Below, piece by piece: positions 17,450 to 27,002 of a stretch of 64,000 bases of DNA. The notes beneath the pieces were generated by a model that saw only the letters and a list, made by a program, of their open reading frames with translations, had not been told where the DNA came from and did not search any database. Origin of the DNA: a virus; IMG/VR virus record IMGVR_UViG_3300007960_000015, positions 1 to 64,000 of that record. One strand, 5' to 3'. Made by a program: the position numbers and the translations under genes. How positions within the stretch are numbered: position 1 is the stretch's first letter; each line of letters begins with the position of its first letter.

Positions 17450-20311
17450 ATGGCAATTAAAATTCAATTTCGTAGAGACACATCAGCAAATTGGAGTAGT
17501 AATAATCCAATTCTAGCAGAGGCTGAATTAGGTTTTGATACTACTAAAAAACAATTTAAGGTTGGTGATGGTGTAACTGCATGGAATTCATTAGGTTGGT
17601 TAAAAACCGAACAAGAAGACATAGAAGATATTATCGGTGCGATGACATCAGGAAATACCGAATCAGGTATTTCTGTTACATATGACGACGCAAATGGTGT
17701 TATTAATTTTGATGTAAATGATCCTACATTAAGCATCTCGGGTGATGCTACCGGTTCTTCTACAATGACTAATTTGGGTAATACCGATATCGTTATTACA
17801 CATGCTAATACAGGAGTTACCGCGGGATCTTATGGTTCAGCTTCTGAGGTTCCTATTATCGCAGTTGATTCTAAAGGTAGAATTACATCTGCATCTACAA
17901 CAAGTGTTGCTGGTGTTACCGATTTCGATTATAATACTTCTACCGGTGAATTAGATATTGATACAGCCGATGGTGCTAATTTTGCTACTACGGTTACTTT
18001 AGATCCATTTAGTACTGATGACCTAGTAGAGGGTTCTACTAATCAATATTATACTGATACTAGAGTTAGAAACGCTATATCTTTAACAGATAACGGTGGC
18101 GATGGATCTTTCACATACAATTCAACAACGGGTGAATTAGCATATACAGGTCCGAGTTCTGCAGAAGTCAGGGCTCATTTAAGCGCAGGTACTGGTGTTA
18201 GTTACGCGGGCGGTCAGTTCTCTATTGGCCAGGCAGTAGCTACTACAGATTCACCAGAATTTGCTGATGTTACTATTAGCGGTGATTCAGTGGCTACACA
18301 AGCCTATGTTAATACTGAAGTAACTAATTTAATTAATGGCGCGCCTGGTGTTTTAGATACGTTAGATGAATTAGCAGCTGCTATTAATGATGATGCTAAC
18401 TTTGCAGCTACAATGACTAATAGCCTTGCATTAAAGGCTGATAAAGCAGTAACATTAACTGCTGGCACAGGATTAACAGGCGGTGGAGATTTATCTCAAA
18501 GTAGAACATTTAATTTATCAAATACAACTGTTACCGCTGGAACTTATGGAGATGCATCAAATGTCGCGTCGTTTACTGTAAACGCACAAGGACGTATTAC
18601 AGGCGCTTCTGATACAGCTTTAGTTACTACTAATATTACTGAAGGTACTAATCTTTATTATACTGATGCAAGAGTCCACGCTGCAGTAAGTGGTACTGGA
18701 GATCTTCAATACGATGCGGCTGGTAACTTTAGTTTCTCATTAAGTGATCACGATACAGACGATGTTGCAGAAGGTTCAACTAACCTTTATTATACAGATA
18801 CAAGAGTTAAAAATGCTATTCAAGCTTCTACAGGTTTAACATATAATTCAACAAGTGGTGCTTTTTCTATAACAGATACAACAGTTACGGCAGGATCTTA
18901 CGGTTCAGCATCAGAAGTTCCTGTTATTACAGTAAATGCTCAAGGACAATTAACAGCGGCTTCTACAGTTGCAGTAGCTGGTGTTACAGATTTTGATTAT
19001 GATACCACAACTGGTGTTTTAGATATTGATACTGCTGATGGCGGTAATTTTGCTGCTACTGTTACTTTAGATCCATTTAGTACGACTGATTTAGTAGAAG
19101 GTTCTAATCTTTATTATACTGATACAAGAGCAAAAGCAGCTATTACAGTTTCTAATGCTGGTGGATTTGGTAACCTTAGTATAACGACGAGTGGACAAAT
19201 AGATTATCAAGGTATTACTACGGAAGAAGTACAAGATGTTGTTGGTGATATGATATCTACTAATACCGAATCAGGTATTTCTGTTACTTATGATGATACC
19301 AATGGTAAATTAGATTTTGATGTAAACGATCCTACAATTACTTTAACTGGTGATGTATCTGGTTCTGCTACTATGACAGATCTCGGAAATGTTTCAATTA
19401 CTACAACTGTTGCAGATGATTCACATGATCATACAATTGCTAATGTAGATGGTTTACAAGCAGCTTTAGATACTAAAGCCACTATTACTTATGTAGATAA
19501 TGAAATTACAACATTAATTGGTGGTGCACCAGGTACATTAGATACATTAAACGAATTAGCCGCGGCTATTAATGATGATGCTAATTATGCTTCTACATTA
19601 ACTACCGCTTTAGCAACAAAAGCCGATAAATCAACTACATTAACTGCAGGTACTGGTTTAACAGGTGGTGGTGATTTATCAACAGATAGAACTATATCAT
19701 TAGATACTTCTGGTGTAACTGCTGCTTCATATGGTTCAGCAACGCAAGTTCCTGTTATAACTGTTGATACATATGGTAGAATTACATCTGCATCTACAAC
19801 AAGTGTTGCGGGAGTATCATCTGTTAGTTATACAGGATCTACTGGAGAATTAACTATTAATACTTCTGATGGTTCAACTTATACAAATGATTTGGGAGTT
19901 GGTACTGGTGATTCACCTACATTTGCTGGATTAACCGCTAATGGTAATATTACTGTGACAGGTACAGTCGACGGTAGAGATGTAGCCACTGATGGTACTA
20001 AATTAGATGGTATTGAAGCAGGAGCTACAGGAGATCAAACAGCAGCAGAAATATTAACAGCTCTTAAAACTGTCGATGGTGCGGGATCGGGATTAGATGC
20101 TGATACATTGGATGGAAAGCATGCTAGTAATTTTGCATCATATACAGAAGCTACTACAGCACCTAGTACTGGCGTGAATAATGGTGATATGTGGTATGAT
20201 ACAGCAACTGAAGTTTTATCACAATATCAAGATGGTGTTTGGGTACAGATTTCTACACAAAGTGCTCCGGCAATTATAGTATATGATGTTGCGGGTACAA
20301 TTGTTAACTAA
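17450..20311 (+). CDS. Long tail fibre with Mtd_N/hyaluronidase-type N-terminus and internal repeats
   Basis: IQFRRDT.ANW...NPILAEAE.GFDT...FKVGDG.TAWNSL; repeated GSYGSASEVP, EGSTNLYYTD.R and GAPG.LDTL.ELAAAINDD; GSGLDADTLDG. Confidence 0.85.
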   Translation: MAIKIQFRRDTSANWSSNNPILAEAELGFDTTKKQFKVGDGVTAWNSLGWLKTEQEDIEDIIGAMTSGNTESGISVTYDDANGVINFDVNDPTLSISGDATGSSTMTNLGNTDIVITHANTGVTAGSYGSASEVPIIAVDSKGRITSASTTSVAGVTDFDYNTSTGELDIDTADGANFATTVTLDPFSTDDLVEGSTNQYYTDTRVRNAISLTDNGGDGSFTYNSTTGELAYTGPSSAEVRAHLSAGTGVSYAGGQFSIGQAVATTDSPEFADVTISGDSVATQAYVNTEVTNLINGAPGVLDTLDELAAAINDDANFAATMTNSLALKADKAVTLTAGTGLTGGGDLSQSRTFNLSNTTVTAGTYGDASNVASFTVNAQGRITGASDTALVTTNITEGTNLYYTDARVHAAVSGTGDLQYDAAGNFSFSLSDHDTDDVAEGSTNLYYTDTRVKNAIQASTGLTYNSTSGAFSITDTTVTAGSYGSASEVPVITVNAQGQLTAASTVAVAGVTDFDYDTTTGVLDIDTADGGNFAATVTLDPFSTTDLVEGSNLYYTDTRAKAAITVSNAGGFGNLSITTSGQIDYQGITTEEVQDVVGDMISTNTESGISVTYDDTNGKLDFDVNDPTITLTGDVSGSATMTDLGNVSITTTVADDSHDHTIANVDGLQAALDTKATITYVDNEITTLIGGAPGTLDTLNELAAAINDDANYASTLTTALATKADKSTTLTAGTGLTGGGDLSTDRTISLDTSGVTAASYGSATQVPVITVDTYGRITSASTTSVAGVSSVSYTGSTGELTINTSDGSTYTNDLGVGTGDSPTFAGLTANGNITVTGTVDGRDVATDGTKLDGIEAGATGDQTAAEILTALKTVDGAGSGLDADTLDGKHASNFASYTEATTAPSTGVNNGDMWYDTATEVLSQYQDGVWVQISTQSAPAIIVYDVAGTIVN
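17654..19287 (+). repeat. 26-nt exact direct repeat in fibre gene (17654-17679 and 19262-19287)
   Basis: AATACCGAATCAGGTATTTCTGTTAC occurs twice. Confidence 0.8.
17876..19809 (+). repeat. 35-nt exact direct repeat in fibre gene (17876-17910 and 19775-19809)
   Basis: GGTAGAATTACATCTGCATCTACAACAAGTGTTGC occurs twice. Confidence 0.8.
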
Positions 20312-20321
20312 GGAGAATTAA

Positions 20322-21170
20322 ATGGGTTGGTCAGGATTTAGAAGTGGAATGTCGGATGGTCAGATTAGAACCCATACCGACGGCCGTAAATGGCAATGGA
20401 GTTCCTCAAATGGAAGATGGAATGTAGTAAGGAACACGACGACCACACTTGGTAACACAGGCCCAATGCCTGATCACCAATGGAATGGATACGAACTTAG
20501 ATTCGAGTCTGATACTGGTGTTTGGGGAAGTTATACCAATCTTCGTGGTGCCACTGGCCCCCAAGGACCTACATTTACAGGTGGAACAAATCAACAAGTT
20601 ACGGATGATGCTTATTTCCTTAGCGAAATATATTATAATAAATGGGCAAGAAATGATGGAACAGAAGGTTTATACTGGACCGCTCATGGCAATCATTTTC
20701 ATGCTATCAATTCACAAGACATCAGAGTAAGAACCGGCTCAGGTAACGGTGGATTACAATTTACTGTTTCTGATACTACTGCTAGAGGATATATACATGC
20801 TACTACGTCTAATGAAATTGGATTCTTAAATTCAAGTAGAAGTTGGTCCTTTAGATGTGATAATTCAGGAAATGTTACTGCAACATCTAATGTTACAGCT
20901 TATTCTGATAAGCGTCTAAAAGATAATATAAATACTATTGAGAACGGACTTGAGAAAGTAGAAGCCTTACGAGGCGTAACTTATACAAGGAAAGATAATG
21001 GTGAAGCAGGTATTGGTGTTATCGCCCAAGAGATCCAAGAGGTTTTACCTGAGTTAGTAAAAGATAATGGTGAAGCGTTATCTGTAGCCTATGGTAATAT
21101 TACGGGCGTACTTATTGAAGCTGTTAAGGAATTATCAGCACGTGTTAAAGAACTAGAAGATAATAAATAG
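20322..21170 (+). CDS. Distal tail fibre with C-terminal peptidase S74 intramolecular chaperone
   Basis: NVTAYSDKRLKDNI..I.N.LEKV..LRGV.Y...GVIAQE...VLPE.V...SVAYGN....LIEAVKEL; AAGGAG RBS. Confidence 0.88.
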   Translation: MGWSGFRSGMSDGQIRTHTDGRKWQWSSSNGRWNVVRNTTTTLGNTGPMPDHQWNGYELRFESDTGVWGSYTNLRGATGPQGPTFTGGTNQQVTDDAYFLSEIYYNKWARNDGTEGLYWTAHGNHFHAINSQDIRVRTGSGNGGLQFTVSDTTARGYIHATTSNEIGFLNSSRSWSFRCDNSGNVTATSNVTAYSDKRLKDNINTIENGLEKVEALRGVTYTRKDNGEAGIGVIAQEIQEVLPELVKDNGEALSVAYGNITGVLIEAVKELSARVKELEDNK

Positions 21171-21179
21171 GAATAAAAT

Positions 21180-21524
21180 ATGGCAATTCAATCAACAAAC
21201 CATACAACGTCATCTGGAGTGGAGCTATCTAATGGCTATGCTGTAGTAATTAATGTAATGGTTAATAAAATCCTAAATGATGTGGAACAGGAAAATCCTG
21301 AAACAGGATTTACAGATACAATTCCCGCACATTATGGGATCACCTATTCTGCACAAATCTTTAAGGATGCTGCAGCTAGAGAAGCAGGATTAAATCCTGT
21401 TGAATCTATTGGTGATGCTCCAGGAGATTTATTTTTCACTACAGAAGATATGACTACAGATGTTATAGCGCAGTGTTATGCGCATCTAGCCGGTGTTTTA
21501 GAAACCGATAATACAGAGGTATAA
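21180..21524 (+). CDS. Hypothetical protein (possible fibre-associated chaperone)
   Basis: 114 aa acidic protein directly after the S74 fibre gene. Confidence 0.5.
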   Translation: MAIQSTNHTTSSGVELSNGYAVVINVMVNKILNDVEQENPETGFTDTIPAHYGITYSAQIFKDAAAREAGLNPVESIGDAPGDLFFTTEDMTTDVIAQCYAHLAGVLETDNTEV

Positions 21525-21526
21525 TT

Positions 21527-22618
21527 ATGAAATACTACTATCAGCATCCGGACGAAATACACGTCGAGGAAGGAAGTAAAGAAGAAGCAGAAAAAATGAT
21601 TACAAAGATTCTGTCGAAAGAATTTAATGCTGCCGTAGTAGATCGAACAGGTAATATTAATACTTTTGTAGAGAATTTATATCCATTACCTGCCCCTGCG
21701 GACAGTCCTATTGATTTTAATCAGTTAATGGATGAAAGAGCAGAAGAAATCGTTGAATATGCAGCGGATAGAGGCAAAGAAATTCGTATGGAATGGAACG
21801 GTCTTATGACACAAACAGCTGCTTTATTATCTATTATTCGCTATATCACAGATAAGGAAAACATGCCTAAACTTACAGTATTTATTGTGGGTAAGGCTGA
21901 TACTAAACGTCCTGACTTTTATAAGAAATGGATTGAAGATATTGATTTTGTGAATGTAGTACATGTTACTAAGCTGTCCAATAGACTTAATATGGGTAAA
22001 CCTGGTAATTATATTACAGTAAATGATGCTGGAGGCCAGAACTTATTTGCTGTAGGATATATGACATTCGCAGATCATAAAACACCTTTCGTAGATGTTT
22101 GTGAACCTGAATTTTATGAAATTATTAAACCCATTTTAGATGAGATGCCTCAAGATTGGAACAACGAAGATCCTCTTACAACAACATATACAAGTAGTGC
22201 TATGCATTGGTTGAACTTTGTATTGAAATGGCAATGGGTGGCTGTAAAGAGATATATTAAAACACCTGATAATATAACATTCGATGATATTAAATGTTTC
22301 TATCATACAGATAAATTCCAGCAATGGTTTTATCAGGTACCTCCTTTAGCTAAACATGTTGATTTACAGAATAAGAAATCACATTGGCATTGTCGTCAAT
22401 ATATTTGGCAATTCCATGATGATGAATCTATGCAACAATGCCAGTATGTAACAGGTCGTTCGTACAGAAATATGGAGAGTCAACAACAAGAAACTAATCC
22501 TATTTTACATAGAGGCAGATATTGTATTGCTATTGATGAGAATTGGGGTAAACACTGGAGGGATCGAGGAAATATTCAATTCGAAGTGGTTGAAGATGAT
22601 GAGTCTTTAGCATCTTAA
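21527..22618 (+). CDS. Asparagine-synthetase-like paralogue with degenerate PP-loop
   Basis: Shares HWLNFVLKWQW and FY...FQQW with 24654, but has WNGLMTQT where SGGIDS is expected. Confidence 0.6.
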   Translation: MKYYYQHPDEIHVEEGSKEEAEKMITKILSKEFNAAVVDRTGNINTFVENLYPLPAPADSPIDFNQLMDERAEEIVEYAADRGKEIRMEWNGLMTQTAALLSIIRYITDKENMPKLTVFIVGKADTKRPDFYKKWIEDIDFVNVVHVTKLSNRLNMGKPGNYITVNDAGGQNLFAVGYMTFADHKTPFVDVCEPEFYEIIKPILDEMPQDWNNEDPLTTTYTSSAMHWLNFVLKWQWVAVKRYIKTPDNITFDDIKCFYHTDKFQQWFYQVPPLAKHVDLQNKKSHWHCRQYIWQFHDDESMQQCQYVTGRSYRNMESQQQETNPILHRGRYCIAIDENWGKHWRDRGNIQFEVVEDDESLAS

Positions 22619-22631
22619 AGGAAAATATATA

Positions 22632-24065
22632 ATGTCATATCAACGTAAAGCAGATTTAGATTATCAAATAGATACGTATCAGGGTGGAGTACAAGAACTT
22701 CACCCTCGTATTACGATTCAAAATTTAATACGTCGTATTAAATTCTTAAAGACTAAACAAACAGATCAGGCTTTTTTGCATCCAACTAAAATCAAAATCA
22801 TGGACGATACTATTGCCATGATAAAAGAGCAAACAAATATTAGAGATGCTTATGCCATTTTTTTAAGGAGTTTTACCTGGCATCCTAACGCAACGAGTCC
22901 GGTTGAGATTTCTTTTGAGAAGGAATACAGAATGGTTTGCGGCGATGAAATGGTTGACACTTATTGTCCCGAAATATATGCGAGAAATAGAAATGATGAT
23001 GAATTTAATGTAGCTGATATTATATTCGGAAGACCTTTAAATAGATTAAATCCTAAAGAAGGTAAGGAAGTATTATCTCCAATTCCTACAGTTACACCGG
23101 ATACTCCTCGACAAACATTAGAAGAAATTTGTAATGACAGAGCACAAGAAATAGGAGCGATAGGAAAAGATGTTTATGTTCTTTGGTCTGGTGGTATTGA
23201 TTCAACATTAGCATTACACTCATTAAATAATAATAATGTCTCATTCCATATTATTATGGATAATGATACTATCATGGAATATCCTGATTTAGCTGATCAA
23301 ATTACAGGCGAAGAATGGCCTAATTGCGCTGGTATCGTATTTAATCCTAAGCCAGATAAATATAAAGAAATCTTAGATAACCCTGGGATTATTTTAATAT
23401 CTGGGGGACAGGGTGATGAAATCTTTGGTGGTGAACCTAATTGTGCTGGAGAGTTAAAGAACGCTGACCAGCAATATGATTATTATGTGCCGAGTTATGC
23501 AATAGAGGGTACAGATCCATATATTAAACAACTTCTCTCACCTTTATATGGAGAAGATGTTCTTCAGGATATGACCGTTTGTGAATGGCGTTGGGCTATT
23601 AATTTCATATACAGATATCAACAAATTCAAATCTCATCTGCGTATATGTTGGGTATGAATATGTTAAGGAAAGAAGGAAAGGCGGATGCTCTACATTTCT
23701 ATGATACTGATGCTTTCCAGATTTGGTCAATTCAAAACTATAGGTCATTATGCGGAGACGGTGAAGACAAACAAGTAGCCAAAGATTTAATATATAAGTA
23801 TGATGGGAATGAGTGGTTCCATAAGGACAAAACTAAAGTTTGTTCTATGAAGAAAACCAGATATAGATCCGGAAGGGATTATATAGGTACTGGTGGTGCT
23901 GTCGGCACTGATGTGGGAGTTCTTAGACAGGTAGGTCCTGGAGAATTAGCGCAAGGAACACATTCAAGTTATAGTGATTCGATACTTATAACAGGCGGAG
24001 ACTATACTAGATTATTAAAACCTGGTGTTTTAATTAATGCACTAGATAGAGCAGGAGACAATTAA
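22632..24065 (+). CDS. Asparagine-synthetase-like PP-loop ATP pyrophosphatase
   Basis: VLWSGGIDST; SGGQGDEIFGG; no Ntn glutaminase domain. Confidence 0.75.
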   Translation: MSYQRKADLDYQIDTYQGGVQELHPRITIQNLIRRIKFLKTKQTDQAFLHPTKIKIMDDTIAMIKEQTNIRDAYAIFLRSFTWHPNATSPVEISFEKEYRMVCGDEMVDTYCPEIYARNRNDDEFNVADIIFGRPLNRLNPKEGKEVLSPIPTVTPDTPRQTLEEICNDRAQEIGAIGKDVYVLWSGGIDSTLALHSLNNNNVSFHIIMDNDTIMEYPDLADQITGEEWPNCAGIVFNPKPDKYKEILDNPGIILISGGQGDEIFGGEPNCAGELKNADQQYDYYVPSYAIEGTDPYIKQLLSPLYGEDVLQDMTVCEWRWAINFIYRYQQIQISSAYMLGMNMLRKEGKADALHFYDTDAFQIWSIQNYRSLCGDGEDKQVAKDLIYKYDGNEWFHKDKTKVCSMKKTRYRSGRDYIGTGGAVGTDVGVLRQVGPGELAQGTHSSYSDSILITGGDYTRLLKPGVLINALDRAGDN

Positions 24066-24634
24066 TGGCTACTTTACCTAATACTAATTTAACGTGGTCG
24101 GCTATTCAGGCTGAATATGGCGGATCAAATCCTATCAGTTTAAGTGAATATTACGGTATTGATAGTGGAATTCCTGGTTCTGGTTCAATTTCTGCTTCTC
24201 AATTTAGAGGTGCTACGCGTGACGTATATTTGAGTATTGGATCATATTCACGTTCACCTACTCCTCATAATCCATCAGGAAATAATGGTGATAAGTATTT
24301 CAGAAACGTTTCTGTTTCACGTTCTCATACGGTCGGTAGTATTTCATTATCCCAACAAATGAGATTAGATAATCTACACATACGAGGTAATGGTTCAAAT
24401 AACGTAGAGACTTATATTGATAAAATATATGTTGGTGGTACTTTAGTATGGGACGGAACACATTATGATGTGTCCACAAGTTCACCTGGTACTAACTTCG
24501 AGACTAACCATGTGTTTAATTCTGGAAGCCATTCTATCAGAATTGATACTTGGGCACAACATGAAAGTACAGATTCGCTATATATTTCATCAATACGATT
24601 TGATTTTAGGCAGCCAGGTATTGACGGCGTTTAA
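24065..24634 (+). CDS. Tail-fibre tip/adhesin-like protein
   Basis: N-terminal IQAEYGGSNPISLSEYY...IP.SGSIS.SQFRG motif typical of fibre-tip proteins; beta-rich C-terminus. Confidence 0.65.
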   Translation: MATLPNTNLTWSAIQAEYGGSNPISLSEYYGIDSGIPGSGSISASQFRGATRDVYLSIGSYSRSPTPHNPSGNNGDKYFRNVSVSRSHTVGSISLSQQMRLDNLHIRGNGSNNVETYIDKIYVGGTLVWDGTHYDVSTSSPGTNFETNHVFNSGSHSIRIDTWAQHESTDSLYISSIRFDFRQPGIDGV

Positions 24635-24653
24635 CTATGGAGTTTATTAAAAT

Positions 24654-25949
24654 ATGGCAAATGAATTGTATGGTATTAACATACCATCACTAAGTGATGA
24701 TCACAATAGGGTATTACGTTTAAGAGCTAATAATACCAAATACACAGAGTTAGAAATAGATAAATCACATGGTTATTATTATGTAAGAAAGCGCCGTGCT
24801 GAAGAAAATGACGATGAAACCCATGAAAGGTTTGAAAGAGGTTGGGCTCCAATCGACACCTTAGGTAATATATTAAAGGCATTTCTTGTTGATAGAACAA
24901 GAACGATTGATGATTTCTACGCTATTCTAGGGCCTCTTCCACCTTATCCAGACTACGAAGTAGATTATACAGCAGCTTGTGATAGAAAAGCCATAGAACT
25001 TCTACGAGAATGTAAAGACAAGAATTATGAGATGAGGATCTCATGGTCTGGTGGTATTGATTCTACTAATGGATTTGCTGCGATATACAAGTGGTTAGAT
25101 ACTGATGAATTTAAGGATATGAATATTTGGGTATGCTTAAATGAAAAGAGTATAATGGAGTATCCATGGTTTTATGAAAATATTATTCAGAAACATCCTC
25201 GTATTCATGAATATAGAGGTGAGTTCTTTGAAGATGCTGAAGACGGTGAAAATGAAGCATTAGGTCTTAATATGAATAGACCTGTACAGGAAGGATACGA
25301 TGACTTTGTAGTAGTTACTGGTGAACTTGGAGATCAGATATTTGGTGCAAAGATTCTTATACCAGATATTAAAGAAAATGGTACAGAAGGTTTAGTTAAG
25401 AAACCATATACTGATGTATTCTCACCTGATATGTGCCGTTATTTAAAACCATTGATTGATGCAATGCCTGAACATTGGGAAAGAGATTGTGGACATGTTC
25501 TGCATTGGATGAACTTTATTCTCAAGTGGCAATGGTGTCAGATAAGAATGTTTATTATGTATCCTATTCCATATACAAAGTACAGACATTTTTATGATGA
25601 TAATATTATACAGCAATGGTCATTACAGAATAATATGGATGTGAAGTTTCCTGAATATGATTTAAAGAGATATAAAGAACCAGCGAAGAGATATATTGCG
25701 AATGTTACTGGTGATGAAGAATACTTTACTAATAAAGAAAAGGAAGATTCACAAAGATGTACAATTAATGTATTTGATACTTCTCCTGAAATTGAAGGGA
25801 TGGATCCTACAGTGAGGAGACATTGGACTGCTATGGATATTAATTATAAGAAAGAATGGAAGCAGTGCATTCAAAATAATGTAACACATAATGTCGATGA
25901 TGAAAAGGGTATAGAAAGTTTCGAATTAAAAACCACATTGGATCTTTAA
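24654..25949 (+). CDS. Asparagine-synthetase-like PP-loop ATP pyrophosphatase
   Basis: ISWSGGIDST; VTGELGDQIFG; YKEPAKRYI. Confidence 0.75.
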   Translation: MANELYGINIPSLSDDHNRVLRLRANNTKYTELEIDKSHGYYYVRKRRAEENDDETHERFERGWAPIDTLGNILKAFLVDRTRTIDDFYAILGPLPPYPDYEVDYTAACDRKAIELLRECKDKNYEMRISWSGGIDSTNGFAAIYKWLDTDEFKDMNIWVCLNEKSIMEYPWFYENIIQKHPRIHEYRGEFFEDAEDGENEALGLNMNRPVQEGYDDFVVVTGELGDQIFGAKILIPDIKENGTEGLVKKPYTDVFSPDMCRYLKPLIDAMPEHWERDCGHVLHWMNFILKWQWCQIRMFIMYPIPYTKYRHFYDDNIIQQWSLQNNMDVKFPEYDLKRYKEPAKRYIANVTGDEEYFTNKEKEDSQRCTINVFDTSPEIEGMDPTVRRHWTAMDINYKKEWKQCIQNNVTHNVDDEKGIESFELKTTLDL

Positions 25950-26016
25950 ATCTTATATATAAATGCATACGAGTAATTCGTATATTAACTAGTTAATAAG
26001 TAAGGAGTAAAATAAC

Positions 26017-26964
26017 ATGGCAAAACAAAATATCAAGTGGGTAATTGCCCATGAGCCAATTGATTTGTTCTTGCGTGCTGCGAAGAAATTTTCAGACGAG
26101 ATCAATTCAAAAACTGATAAGTTCTCTTTCGAGTGTTTAACTCTTAAAGAATATTCAGACAAGTATAACGGTGGCGTACAAATCAATAAGTACGATCTTC
26201 TTGACCATATGGATCAAGGTAAAGTAGAAATGGCACAAATGTATACAACTACATTAGGTCAAAAGCACAATAGAGATATGTGGGCTTTGGATATGCCTTT
26301 CCTATTTAAAGATCATGATCACGCTGCTCGTGTTTTAGATGGTCAAATCGGTCAAAAGATTCTATCTGAAATGACTAATGAAGGCAATGTTAGAGGTCTA
26401 GCATTTACATATTCTGGTGGATTCAGAATGTTACCTTCTGATCGTGATATTAATGTATTGAGCGATCTTCAAGGTATGAGAGTTCGTGTACACGAGCATT
26501 CTCCAGTTGCTTCTGAAACATTTAAAGCTGTTGGTGCAGAGCCAGTTCAGTTAATGTTAGAGGAAATTAACGAGGGTGTTGCTAAAGATATGATTGACGC
26601 AGGTGAGTCTACTTACCCACGTTACTATTCTCTAAAGCAAAACGAAGCTCTTCCTACTATTAATGATACACAACATTCACTATTCTTAACTTCAGTTCTT
26701 ATCAATGATAATTTCTGGGCTGAGATGGATGCTGCGGACCAAGAAGTCATTCAATCAGCTGCTTTATCTGCTGCTGTAACTGAGCGTGCTGAATCAATCG
26801 CTGATATTAAGAAGGTTGAAGAAGTATGTGCTAAGGATGGTATCAACATTAATAAGATGAGCGAGTCTGTAACTGCAGAGTGGAAAGCTGCTACTGCACA
26901 CTTATATGACAAGTTCGAAGATATGTTCACACCAGGTCTTCTAAAAGCTATTCAAAAAGCTTAA
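26017..26964 (+). CDS. dctP: TRAP transporter substrate-binding protein (DctP family), no signal peptide
   Basis: LDMPFLFKD.DHA.RVLDG.IG; GGFR; DLQGMRVRV; FKAVGAEPV; TAAGGAG RBS. Confidence 0.88.
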   Translation: MAKQNIKWVIAHEPIDLFLRAAKKFSDEINSKTDKFSFECLTLKEYSDKYNGGVQINKYDLLDHMDQGKVEMAQMYTTTLGQKHNRDMWALDMPFLFKDHDHAARVLDGQIGQKILSEMTNEGNVRGLAFTYSGGFRMLPSDRDINVLSDLQGMRVRVHEHSPVASETFKAVGAEPVQLMLEEINEGVAKDMIDAGESTYPRYYSLKQNEALPTINDTQHSLFLTSVLINDNFWAEMDAADQEVIQSAALSAAVTERAESIADIKKVEEVCAKDGININKMSESVTAEWKAATAHLYDKFEDMFTPGLLKAIQKA

Positions 26965-26970
26965 AACTTT

Positions 26971-26997
26971 AAGGGGGCTCTTCAACAGAGCCCTTTT
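26971..26997 (+). terminator. Rho-independent terminator after dctP
   Basis: GGGCTCT-TCAAC-AGAGCCC followed by TTTT. Confidence 0.8.
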
Positions 26998-27002
26998 ATA
27001 TT

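Noticed and set aside
17450-17610. Diversity-generating retroelement suggested by the Mtd_N-like N-terminus
   Set aside because: No reverse transcriptase and no TR/VR pair differing at adenines was seen; this N-terminal motif is a generic fibre anchor
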